Source: Phyllosticta citribraziliensis (lineage: Eukaryota). From it: a stretch of DNA of 64,000 nucleotides. Under the pieces are notes generated by a model that saw only the letters and a program-made list of their open reading frames with translations, did no database searches and was not told the DNA's origin. This document shows positions 23,555-34,996 of this stretch, one piece after another. A program made the position numbers and the translations under genes. The DNA is taken from NCBI RefSeq assembly GCF_038025025.1, contig NW_027117345.1:1798001-1862000 (forward strand), written 5' to 3'. The stretch's first letter is position 1, and every line of letters begins with the position of its first letter.

Positions 23555-24402
23555 ATGGCAGAAGCCGACGACGTGCCAACCGTGACGGTGCTCGTCCTGG
23601 GCGAGCCGCGCGTCGGTAAGTCGACGTTTCTGTCGTACGTACAGCCAGCCAGCACCCCATCCCACCACACCATAGCAATGCTCTGGCGCAATGGGCGGAT
23701 TCGAGTAGCTATGCAGCTGGCTAACTTTGTGGCAGGCGATTGATGCAGAGCGCACACGCGGCGCCACTATCATCCCCTTCGCTCTCCTCCTCCGTCAGCA
23801 GCACCACAACTCTCGTGGACCCCTCACCCTCCTCGCCCTCCAACACCCTCCACATCCTCCCCTCCTCCGCCCAACCCCACGCCATCTCCCTTCACCTCTA
23901 CAACCGCCCGTACCGCCTCCTCTTCTACGACACCGACGCCCCGACGCCGTTCACGGCGCTGGCGCCCGACCTGCTGATCCTCGCGTTCGACGTCTCGCGC
24001 CGCGCGACGCTGCACGCGCTGCGCGACCGCTGGCTGCCGCTGGCGGACGTGGCGTTTAATCGTGATGAGAGGGTTGCGGTGTTGGTGCTGGGGTTGGGGA
24101 GGGACAGGAGGGATGGGGCGCGGTATAGGGATGAGAGCGAGGGGGGTGAGGGGAAAGGGGGTTATTGTGAGGAGAGGGAAAGGGACAGGGAGGCTGGAGA
24201 TGGAGAGGATGACGGGGGAGGCGTGGTCTCGCCGCACGAGGCGCTGGCCGTCGCGCAGGCTATGCGGTGCGATCGGTACGCCGAGTGCTCGGCGCTGACG
24301 GGCGAGCTGTGCGGGCTCGTCGTCGAGGACGTGGCGAAGATGGCGGTGGCGGCGGTGGGAGAGGGTGGAGGTAGGACTCAGGGGGGTTGTGTTGTTATGT
24401 GA
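23555..24402 (+). CDS. Atypical Rho/Ras-like small GTPase with C-terminal CaaX
   Basis: P-loop VLVLGEPRVGKST, intron 23635-23735, G3-like FYDTDAP, LILAFDVS, RWLP, G5 YAECSALTGE, C-terminal CVVM. Confidence 0.85.
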
Positions 24403-24771
24403 GTGAAGGATGGAGCGAGAGGAAGGGAAAGAAAAGAAGAGAAAAGAGATGGACAGGAAAAGGAATGAGGGGAGAGGGGGCGATGGCGCGGTGAGTTGGC
24501 ACACCCGCCGCTTCTTACTGCAGGCAGAGGAAGAGGACCGAGAAGCAAGCCAGCGAGTGCAAACCAGAGATGGGCGGCAGGAAAAGAGCTAGGAGTGCTG
24601 TTGAGCGTGGGTCGCAGCAGCAACACACACCCATCCGAGGAGCTGTCGAACTGATGACTCGAAGTCGACGCGCTGCTTATTCACCCTCTACCTTGCACCC
24701 GTCTGTCAACTCGCCACGAGACAGCCGGTGACGGGACTTCACCGGAGGGATTGAGTCACAAGCAAGACAGG

Positions 24772-24929
24772 CGTGCCATGGTCATCGTTTGGGCTCGAGG
24801 ACCCTTAGAGCGGCGAGCACGTCGACTTTTGCTTGCAACCGAACCTGAGGAGCGGCCTGTCTGGTCGATCACGTGCCGTGGTCATCGTTTGGGCGCGAGG
24901 ACCCTTAGAGCGGCGAATACGTTGACTTT
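24772..24929 (+). repeat. Intergenic 58-bp direct repeat, period 100 bp
   Basis: 24772-24829 and 24872-24929 match at 53/58 positions by manual alignment. Confidence 0.9.
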
Positions 24930-25490
24930 CGACTACGCCCGCACCTTGGGCTCTGCGTAGACTCGCTGTCCGTTACCTGGCTGCTGTTCCATGGCATGGT
25001 CAACATTTGCAATCGAAGGCCCTCAACGGAACGAACAGACTGCGCGCACCTCATCCGCCAGTTTCATTCGTGCTTGTAGGTGGGTTTTTACCGTGTTTGA
25101 TGCGGTGGTCACATACATATGACTTGGTCATCTTTTGGACTCGAAGATCACTTGAATTGTTGATGACGTATTTTCTCTTTTGATTCACCATCTTTCTTCT
25201 CCACTTATTATCTACGTCCGAAATAGACTAAGTTGCGCAATTAGTGCAACTGGTTGCATTGCTTACCACTCTGCGCTCGCTATCTGGTGGTGGCGCGCTC
25301 TCTTGCGCTGTCCACTCTGCGTTTTGTTCTTCAGAAAACTCTCGTCGTCATCCAATGTCCAGCCAGCCTGCGTTTTATTCTCCTTTGCACACCCCAGTCG
25401 GCCAGTCATTCATCTAGTGGCCGACTCGATTCCGTCTGTCCGTCTCAAAGTCCGGCCTGTACCGCTCGCATCTCAATAAACCGCTCCCTG

Positions 25491-25543
25491 CCTTTCTTTC
25501 TCTCTTTCTCTCTTTCTCTCTTTCTCTCTTTCTCTCTTTCTTT
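25491..25543 (+). repeat. CT-rich pure pyrimidine tract (TTTC/TC microsatellite)
   Basis: Directly visible run of C and T only. Confidence 0.85.
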
Positions 25544-25609
25544 CCGACGCAATCAAGCAGTGCGGCCGTGCTGGTAGTCCTTTGCCAGACAGCTCGGCCA
25601 GATCACTCC

Positions 25610-26932
25610 TCAGATGGCCCGGTTAGCTTTCATCCGCCTGACGCTGCGCTCCAAGCGCTCCAGCGGACTCGCGATGCGGCCCCTCTGCTTCTGCTTCGTC
25701 TTCTCCCTCGTAGGCGACGGTGACGGTGATGGCGGCTGCTGCAGTGTCGCTTCTCCGACTTCATCTTCGTCTTCCTGGCGTGCCATCATGCCACCGCGTC
25801 CAGCGTCCACCATCTCTTTATCCTTCCCCTTGCCCTTATCCTTGCTTTTTCCTTTTCCCTTACTCTTCCGTCCATCCCTGCCCTCCTCATCTTTCACTCT
25901 CTCCTCTTCCTCCTTCTGCTTCCTGCGCGCCGCCGCCTCAAGCATCTCCTCCTCATCCATAACCGCGTTCGCATACGCCCGCCTCGCCGCATCGTACGCC
26001 GCGCGCGCCTCGACGTACGCCGCCTTGACTGTGTGGTCCTCGGGCGCCGCGCACCGCGCCAGGCGCGCTGCTTCGTAGGTGGCGGCGGCGTGGGTGCGGT
26101 GAGAAAGGAGGGCTTGGGCACTGAAGTCCGAGTCGTCGTTGGGATGGTGTGTGGGAGCAGAGGCGTGCGTGTGGTTGGTTGTGCAATGGTGGTTGGGCGA
26201 GGAAGAAGAAGAAGAAGAAGAGGCAGTGGTGTGCATGTCGGCGTGCATACTGGTCGTCGACATTGACTCTTCGTCCTCGTCTTCATCTTGCTCCTGCTCT
26301 TGCTCCAGCACATCCTCCCTCTCCCCATCGCCACCTTCATCCTCATCATGTTCCTTGCGCGTCTCTTCCTCAAACCTCTCAATTCTCTCAAACAACCCGC
26401 CAAACCCGCGTCCCCGCAGCGCCTCCAGCTGCTCCTGCGTCGTCGGCCGCGCCGCCCCCCCGTGCACCGGCGACGGGTCCGTAAACGCCTTTTGCTTGGC
26501 CAGCGGGTTGCGCGGGCGCGGCGGCGGCGTTTGCGGTGGGAAGCGGTAGGCCAGCGCTGCGTGCGGCGAAGTTGGTGATGCTGAGGCAGGCTGTGGTGAT
26601 GGCTTTAACGGGTCTGTAGTAGCGGCGGCGCTGTCGTGGGTTTGACTGTGGTTGTTGCTGTTGTTGTTGTTGATGGTGAGGGAGGTGAGACGGCAGCTCG
26701 TCGAAGGACTTGCTGGAGGAGGCGGTGTCATGGTGCGGTGATTTGGGGATGGAGACTGAGATGGCGACGGCGATGGTGAGGGCGAAGGCGAGGGCGACGT
26801 GCGTCCGCCTGGCGGTATGCAGCGCAGCTTGGTCGAGTAGTGGTAGCTGTCTGGAGACTCAGATGCCGGGCTGGAGGTGCGGTCGCGGTGTTTGATGGGC
26901 GTGTTGGAGCTAGTCGTCGCCGGCTTGACCAT
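25610..26932 (-). CDS. Hypothetical 440-aa low-complexity protein
   Basis: Single ORF with CCATGG start context, SP repeats, acidic tract and an Ala/Arg-rich helical segment (AAYVEARAAYDAARRAYANA). No family recognised. Confidence 0.55.
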   Translation of the reverse strand: MVKPATTSSNTPIKHRDRTSSPASESPDSYHYSTKLRCIPPGGRTSPSPSPSPSPSPSQSPSPNHRTMTPPPPASPSTSCRLTSLTINNNNSNNHSQTHDSAAATTDPLKPSPQPASASPTSPHAALAYRFPPQTPPPRPRNPLAKQKAFTDPSPVHGGAARPTTQEQLEALRGRGFGGLFERIERFEEETRKEHDEDEGGDGEREDVLEQEQEQDEDEDEESMSTTSMHADMHTTASSSSSSSSPNHHCTTNHTHASAPTHHPNDDSDFSAQALLSHRTHAAATYEAARLARCAAPEDHTVKAAYVEARAAYDAARRAYANAVMDEEEMLEAAARRKQKEEEERVKDEEGRDGRKSKGKGKSKDKGKGKDKEMVDAGRGGMMARQEDEDEVGEATLQQPPSPSPSPTREKTKQKQRGRIASPLERLERSVRRMKANRAI

Positions 26933-27192
26933 GGCTGCGGTGGGCGTTGGCCGTCCGTCAGAAGATGGCTCAGGTGGGTCGAGTGTGGTTTTTTGGCTCC
27001 TGGTGGATCGCAGATTGGTGTATGATGTAACAGAGGAGTGGAGTGCTCAAGTGAATGGTCAATCAGAGGGACGCTTGCTGCGGCGATTGCCTGAGCCAGC
27101 GCGGAAAAGAGAGAGCGGGAGACAAGGTGAATGGGCAACAAGCAGCAATCTTTGTCTAAACAAGGCCTAGCAAATGACTTTTCTCCTCCCAC

Positions 27193-28890
27193 TCAGAGCT
27201 CCTGCTTCGCTTCTGCGATTCCGCCAACAACACACTTCCACCCGTCCATGTCGCTGCCGTCGCCGGAGCCGACATAGACGTTTCTCGCCGGGTACTTGCA
27301 GTGGGCCCTCTTGTAGTCAACGCCCGTGTCCGCCGTATCACCCTTCCACTTGGTGCCAATGAGCGTGGTGGGCGCAATGCCCTCCTCAACCCACCGCACC
27401 ATGGCCATGAGGGCATTCTCGTCCGGGTCGAGGCTCTCCAGGCTCTCCAGCTGGTTTCCAATGGCGTGGGCGCCGTCGCCGCCCGAGCAGTGCGACATGC
27501 CGCTGATGCGGAAGAAGCGGTAGAACTCGTCGAGCTCCTCGGTCGTCAGGCCCATGGTGCGCGACACGTGGTTGTAGTAGCGCGGCGAATTCTCCGAGCT
27601 GATGATGCCGTCCATGAGCCCGTGGTAGTGCAGCAGCTTGGAGCCGCGGTCACGCAGCCGGCTGAGGTCGCCCTCCCATGTCTGGATGTTCCAGGGGTTC
27701 TTGTTCGAAGCGTACACCATTTGCTCGGCGTCCAGGGTCGCCGGGTCCCAGCTGGGGTCGTTGTAGACGGCGTAGCGGAACCAGTCGTTGGTGTAGGGGA
27801 ACGGGCCGTCGTAGAGCAAGGAGGAGGCGGCAATCTCGGAGCCTGGCTGCATGCGTGGGTACACGATGGAGCCGTCGGTGCCGTAGACGGGGGTGAAGAC
27901 GAGGCGGACGGCGTCGGCTTGGGCAGGCGTGAGACAAGACGAAGTGTTCGTGGCGCCCGAAGCGCAGAGAAGACCCTCCGGCCGGTACTGGCAGAGCTCA
28001 GGGTCCTCAATGATGCCGTCAATGACACCGTCGATGCCATCGCATTGTTTGAGAACATCCTCGTGGACTACGGCCCAAAGGTCCGAAGAGACGTGTGATG
28101 GGCTGTCCTCGTCACCCAAAACCGTGTAAAAGTATCCAGACCAGCTCGTCAAGTTTACAAAGGCCGCAGCAGGTGCGCCAGCCACGATGCCATCAAAGTC
28201 GTCAGGGAAAGATTGGGCAGACTTGAGACCTTGGCGACCTCCGGTCGAGCAGCCTAGGTAATAGGACTTGTCGTGAGTTTTGCCGTAGAATGCCTCGCTG
28301 ATTTTCTTGCCAACAACGACACCCGTGTGCATGGAGCGCCAGGCGAAATCGGCAACAACGTCGTCGTTGTTGTAGAACGATGTTCCTCCAGTTCCATTGT
28401 GGCCATTGTTGGCGCTAACGGTGGAAAAGCCCAGGCCGGCAGTGTACGCCATGTCTTCGTACTGAATGCATCCAGAGACGCCGCCATTACCAGTGCTCAA
28501 GAAGCGACCAGTCCAATTGACGGGCAGCCATGCTTCCATGCTGATTTCACTGCGGTTGCTGGTGGGCACCCGAAGCGCAACCCTGCAAAGATCATTCGAA
28601 ACCACCTGAGAAGGACGGTTGCACCTAGTTGGAGTTAATTCGACTGTTTTAAAGAGGCCATGGGGGCCGAAGATAAGGACCACTCACGTCACATTGTTAT
28701 CGGGAAAGGTTAGGTTGGTTCCAGCAGTGACAAACTCGCTGAACCAAACAGTGGCATTCGGCACGACAGAGGCCAGGGAGGAGGGCAACGAGCCGCACTG
28801 CTGCTCAAAGGTTGCATTGGATGCGGCCTCAGCTGCCGCAACAAGCAATCCTGCGCCCAGCACCACACTGTTGGTGTTGGGAAACCTCAT
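27193..28890 (-). CDS. Tannase / feruloyl esterase (FaeB-like), secreted
   Basis: Signal peptide MRFPNTNSVVLGAGLLVAAAEA; intron about 28625-28687; WTGRFLSTGNGG, nucleophile GCSTGGRQG, FDGIVAGAPA, HYHGLMDGII, GMSHCSGG. Confidence 0.95.
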
Positions 28891-31672
28891 GGCTACCAGA
28901 TGGGAGGTTTGAGATTTGCAAACCCGGTGTCTGGAAGGAAGTCGAGAAGGGGATAGAGCTGCAACCAAGGCCTACCGGCAGGGTCTTTAAGTGATGAGGA
29001 GTGGAGCTCTCATCTTCCGTCTACCGGCGCCGGACTCAACAGGCCCCACTCCGGAAAAGCCATCTTCGCAGTGTGCTTCGGTGGGTTAGCCTCATCAGAC
29101 TGGAACTGTGCCTGCGCCAGGTCACCTGCTATTTCGCGTTCGCGGTCAGCGAGTAAACATGTGGGTGCGGTAGAGCAGCGGGCAAGAATGACTCCGGCGT
29201 CCAAGACACGGGTATGCAGGCGACGTCATCATGCCTCTTTTGTTCTACACACCTTCCACTTGCTCACGATGTCTTGTACGTTCCACCATGGTTTTTAAGA
29301 ACCCCTTTATGCCACGAGTCAGCGGTGTCGGCGAATTATGGCTTCGGCGAGATTCAGTCCTCAAACGAGGCCTTGGCTAGGTTCCTGATTCTTGGTACAG
29401 CACCAGAAAGTCCTTGGCTCGCTGCCGAGGATAATCCTCATCAGAGTCCACTTGAATCGCTTGGGATTTTCCTTTTTCATCTTTAGGCCGAAGATAAACT
29501 GACTTGGCACTTGGCAGGGGACGAGGGCTGCCGTGCGGGGAGAAGGGTGTGGGGTATAGGTTCCCCGCAATCTTGGAGCTTTATCACCATGACGAGAAGT
29601 TGGTTGGCTGTCGCGATTATTTTTGCGGGTCAAGCGGCTTATCCATATCATTTGGTACCATCACTCTGGCACCTGCGGTGATGACGAGCGAGCGGTGTCG
29701 GACTGTGATAGGGCAGGACTTGCCGGGTCCACATTGCGGGAAATCCGAGCTCGCTATCAGTGACGTTGATTTCGAAGGAATGGTAAAGGAAATAGCGCTA
29801 AAATTTCATGCTGAAGATTCGAAAAAAGATGCAAAACATCAAAGAGGGTTATCGACTTGGAAGTAGGCTCGCGGACAGCAGAAGTCAAAAGAAACGACAG
29901 CTCCTAGATGGAGCCGTTGTATCCCCGACGGCTTGCTTGATACGCGCGTCGATTTTTCTTTTGGTGCTTCTTCCTGTGCAGGCGAAGACGCGATTAAACA
30001 CCTGTGACTTCAAGTGTTGAGAAAAGCATTCAAAACAAAAATCAAAGCTTTTGACGGATACCCAGTGCTGCCGGGGTCTGTGTTGGTCTAGACTCGACCA
30101 GATTCAATGTCAAGAGTTGAAGATGCGGTGCGACGCTCCAATCTTCTTCATACATCAGACGCGTTAGCAGAGCATGATCAAGCAACCATCCGTCGAGGAG
30201 TATGCAAGCCTCGACACTGGATTTGTTGAATATGTCGTTGAGGCGACGCAACCGTCGTGAACAAATTGCCAGAGCGAAGGTATCAAGGCAAAGATCAGCA
30301 AAAAAGCCATGGTGTCTCCAAGAAAGTGGTCTGTCGCAACGAGTCGCAGAAATTCAAGGTTTCAGAATAAACCATGATAGAGTGAGGCCTAACATGAGAG
30401 AGCCACGAGCATGCCAAGCTTCAACGGCTTTTCAGAACCAGAAACCGGCGCCGACGCCACGAAGCAAAACTAACTTGACTTGGTAATTGCAATGGCATGG
30501 CCTCTTGGCGGTTTGCGATGCAAAGGAAGGCAGCCTGGTTGCAGCTTAGATGTGCGCCGAAAGTAGAGGACGTCCATGGCATGTGTTCACATGTGGTACG
30601 AGGACTCGAGCAGCTGGTACGAAGCGGCATTCACAAAGACGGATTCGAGGTTGCCGAGGCCGTGGTCCAGACATGAGCACCCGTCCCGGTTAGGAAACAA
30701 GGCGTGGATGAAGTGGTGCTGTTTTGGCCATGTTTGGTCAGAAAATGCGGGAAGACCCGCACCAATTAGGGACTACCTGGTTCGCTCCAGGATGGCCGTC
30801 GCTGTCAGACGTCTCTTCCAGACGTTTGGTACAGAGGGCAGGGTTGGCCGGTTGGGCAGAGATTGCGGCATTTTTGCATCTTTGCGAACGCGGACAAAGT
30901 GTCGAGAGGGGACTGGAAATGAGGACGATGGCTCTGGAGCCTACTCGGATGGTCGTGTCGTACCCAACGAACGGGGCGAAGAGCGGCTGGGTAGGGTAGC
31001 AATGGAAAAGGCCTCACCCCGGTGAAGCGATGCTGGAGCCCGGAAATGGAGGCGCAAAACATGAATAAACTTCAGCCTGGACTGCGCGTGCCCCAACCTG
31101 ACATCAGGCGGGCCGCCATCTGAAATGGGATCTGCAGCGGACGGCGTCTTACAGCAGAGCGAGGAGCATGAGATGGAGGTGCAAGCCGAGGCCCAGGTGA
31201 AGCAGTGGGACGCGAGAACCGGGGCGGTGGGTCGCGGTCGAGGTGGTGGATGGACGAGGAGGGATGGGTGAGAGGGAGAAAGGGAGAGGGAGAGGGAGGG
31301 TCAGGTCGGATGGGAACCGAATCACCAGAGAGAGACAGCGGCAGAACGTCGGAGACGTATGGTCTCTGCATGTTTCAAACATCACACTCTCACCTCGCCC
31401 TAACCCTGTCGTCGACATGGAAGCATTCAGCTCACCATGTCGTCGCCACCGTATCAGCACAGCGCAACGGCACTCGAAGCCGCAAGAGGCAGAACCGCTG
31501 TCAGCCTTGTCATCGAACCCTCAGCCACCGCCGTAACTCTTTCCTGAATAAGCTCACCATCGCAGCCCTGTCTCGCTTCCCTTCAAATATTTCTCTTCTG
31601 TACCTTGATTCTCTCTCATCCCAGGCCCGGCTACGCGCGCGCCAACTCCATGCCTTGCCCTTCCCATATGAC

Positions 31673-33098
31673 ATGCCACAGGAGCCACGCCCCAAAAACC
31701 TCCAGTGAGTCTTCTTCGTTGTCGAGTCCGCGCAGCTCTTGACCTTGCCGCAGTCATCTCAAGAGACCGTTCAGAATGTTCAAGTCACCTCCTCCTCACG
31801 TGACATCTCCTTCCCCACGCGTTCCGGCTCACTCTCTCTTCAAGCCCCTTGGACGAGCATCTCAGACCTCTCTACTGGACGTACCCACGGCCGAGGAACC
31901 CCTTCCCAGAGCCGCCGAGTGTGCTGTGCATCTGGAGTTGCTCGAGGTCCTCCACACCACCAAGTCGAGATGCACCAAGTCCCACATCGTTGCCCACGCC
32001 CTCAATCTCAGGCAGCCCTACAGCTTTGGGGTCGTCACCAAACGCAAGCGGAGTGCCAGGGCCCAAGCTGCCTGGAATACCTATCTCACCCTGGCCGTTT
32101 TGAGATTCGGCAAGTGGTGGGATGCGGTCGTCAAAATCCTCGATGCCCCCGACGGAGCAGTTCCCCAAATCACAAAAAAGACGCTCCCGCCGCTGGACGT
32201 GTTGATGGTCTGGCACACGTACTTGCTCACGCCGCAAAAATACCAGGCCCTGTGTCGCGACGGGCACGAATCGCTACTGCAAATGGAGTTTCCTTGGAAA
32301 GCCGTCCACCGAGCCATAGACGCCTCCACCAACACGTACCAGCTCACGGCGGAAGCGCAGGACGTGTTCCAGCAAAAGACGGGGCTCGAGGCCGACCTGC
32401 TGTCGTCGCTGCAGCGAGACAAGATCCACGACACGCTGACGCGCACCTTTCTCGAGAAACTGGCGCAATCGCATCTCCCCGACGCGAATCGCCAGCAGCA
32501 GCAGCCCTTCAGCCTGTCCAGCCTCGGCGTGCAGCCATACGAATACACACCGCTGCCGCAGGCATACGAGGCGCACCACCACGCCCTCGCCTTCCTGCTG
32601 CCGGCCATCCACCGCCAGGAGACGTTCTGGGAGAAGATGGCGACGCAGAACTGGCTGCGCTCGCCCGCCGCCGCGCGCACCCTGCACCACGCCGTGCTGT
32701 GCTACCACCGCTTCCTGCTGCTCTTCGCCCTCCACCCGGCCGCCACGCTTGTCCCCACCCTGCTCATAGACGTCGCCTGGCACACGGCGCTGTGCTCGCC
32801 CGCGCGCTACGCCGCCACCTCGCGCGCCTTCGCCGGCCGCTTCATCAACCACGACGACGCCATCGACGACGACGCCCGCGGTGACGCCTGGCGCGACACG
32901 CAGGCGCTGTACAAGCAGGCGTTTGGCGACGACTACGACGTCTGCCGCTGCTGGTGGTGCGAGGTGTGGCTCGAGGAGAAGGAGGCCGCAACCCCCGACG
33001 CGGACGACGACGACGACAGGATCTCGGAGCGGGCGGCTGTGCGCATGGAGAGGGCTATGCAGGCAGAGAAGGCGCGCATGAAGACTGCGAGGAGGTAG
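31673..33098 (+). CDS. DUF1399 / glycine-rich-domain-containing-like protein
   Basis: Duplicated motif LPPLDVLMVWHTYLLTP and LVPTLLIDVAWHTALCSP, plus FINHDD and CRCWWCE. A short first exon 31673-31704 splices in frame (intron 31705-31753) to ORF 31776-33098. Confidence 0.85.
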
Positions 33099-33400
33099 AG
33101 CGGCGTGGGGAACGTGGTAGAGGCTAGGTCTTGTCTTGTTTTTTTGATTTCGTGCTTGTGCTTGATATACCCCAGATACCAATCCATCGTTTCTTATAGC
33201 GTCGCTTCGATGTGGACAACGCCGTGCGGACCAACGCTTCGTAAGTCTTGAGACTGTCTCGGCCAGCAACTGCAGCATCACGAAAAGAGCACTCAATAGC
33301 GACTCAGTCGACAAGATGATATAAAGTGCCATGACAAGCTGCATCCCCTTTCCACTCACATCCAACGTCCTTGTTCTTCCCCAAGGCAAAGACCGCCACA

Positions 33401-34649
33401 ATGAGAAACTCACCATTCTCAATATCAATTCCTCTACTTTTCATCCTCCATGTTCTCACTCTCGCCGCGCTCCCACCAAGCCAAGCAGCCCACCTCGCCT
33501 TGTCGCCCCGACAGATCTTCTGCGCGCTGACCGGCGACAGCACCAGCGTCGACTGCGCGGCGTGCCTGGGGCCCGGCGCCCTCTACTGTGGCCGCACCGG
33601 CTGCTTCGACCCGAGCCAGAGCCAGACGTGCTGCGCCGACGGGTCGGCCTGCTCGGGCGGCGACGACTGCTGTGGGGATGTTGTATGTTTCTGTTCTCTG
33701 TCTCCCCTCATGAATACACACTCTCCCTCTCTGTTGTCGGTACAGAGGGACGCGAGACCGGTGCTGACAGCTGCTGCTGTGTATCTAGGGCCTCGGCGTA
33801 GTAGGGTCGTCCGATGGACCGGGAAAGACGACGACTTCGACGACCGCAGCAGCGAAGAAGGTGATGCCATCGACTTCGACCGCCGCCGCTGCTACCACGG
33901 CCAGTTGGACATGCGCCCAGTCTGACGATGGCGACGCGTGCTGCGCTCGGCGTGGGCAGGACGTCAGATACTGCGGCGGTGCGTGGCCGACGTACACATG
34001 CTACCGGCCCGCGGCGGGCGAGGTGTGCTGCATAGGCGGGAGTGCGAGGGCTTGCGCCGAATCAGGGACAGGGACAGGGGGAAGTGGGAAGGGGGGAAGC
34101 AATGGACAGGCGGCGTGCTGTGGGGACTTGGTGAGTCACAAAGATTTCTTACTCTCCTGCTGCTATTCGCGGCGGCGAGTGTGGGGGTGGTGTGACGAGG
34201 CGGAAGGGGTAAGTTGCGAGATGTGCGCCGTGGCTGACGAGAGACTCCCTGTGCTGGGGTCGGGTCCTGACAGGCTGCTGCTGCTGCTGCTGGCACCACC
34301 ACCGTGGCTGATGCCAGTGTTGAAAGTAACGCGTCGGCCGCAACTGGCGGTGGGAGGGAATTGCCGTTGGGGGCCATGGCCACAACTACGGCGGAGATGC
34401 CTGGCGCTGACGAGCTGAGCGCGACAGCAGCGCCATTGGTACGATCTTGCTGCCTTCAAAGATCACAGCCGTTTCTCATGCTGATTACTTTTCGTCGTCG
34501 GGCAGGATTCGAGTTCGGCAACATCAATCTCGCAAACACAGACGTCTGGGGCATTGGTACAAGTCACGGCAAGTCTCGCGTGGTTGCACGTTGTCTTTCT
34601 CGCTCTGCCGAGCATCGTGTTCGTACTTTTGGCGGCAGCCGCCATCTGA
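33401..34649 (+). CDS. Secreted, probably GPI-anchored Cys-rich protein with two repeated Cys modules (310 aa)
   Basis: Exons 33401-33682, 33789-34130, 34274-34438, 34506-34649, all phase-0 GT-AG; N-terminal signal peptide; S/T/A-rich stalk; C-terminus TSGALVQVTASLAWLHVVFLALPSIVFVLLAAAAI. Confidence 0.8.
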
Positions 34650-34996
34650 GACTTGTCAGCCATGCATTGGTAGAAATGGCTCGTCGAGAAACTGGGTATC
34701 AAGGTTTTGTCGACGCGGCCATCGGGGATGACTCTTGGGCGGTTATCAGAGCTATCAGGAGATCCGGGTCGGTGTGTGTAGATCATTGGTTGAGCGTCTG
34801 GAATTAAGCTGTCGGGTGTTTTGGTTTGCAGCGGTCGGACGGGTGCTGTGGACAGGGGACGACATGGAGATGAAGAGGTTGTGGGCCGAGCGGAAGGGAA
34901 GACGCGTCGCGCCCTCCCCTAGGTCAGGCTAAACCTCCCCCGACGTCATCGCCTGCTCGGCTCTCGTCCCGCAATCTCCGCCTTCGCACCACCATC

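Noticed and set aside
24772..24929. CRISPR-like repeat-spacer-repeat or LTR pair
   Set aside because: Only two imperfect copies in a eukaryotic context, no cas genes, no TG..CA ends or internal retroelement sequence.
29000..31600. Short ORFs between the tannase and DUF1399 genes (e.g. 29504-29866, 30202-30486, 30576-31025)
   Set aside because: No recognisable motifs, codon bias or consistent splice model; treated as divergent promoter/intergenic DNA.
31739..33428. 381-aa + and 384-aa - ORFs overlapping the DUF1399 gene
   Set aside because: Alternative and antisense frames of a GC-rich CDS with no independent signals.
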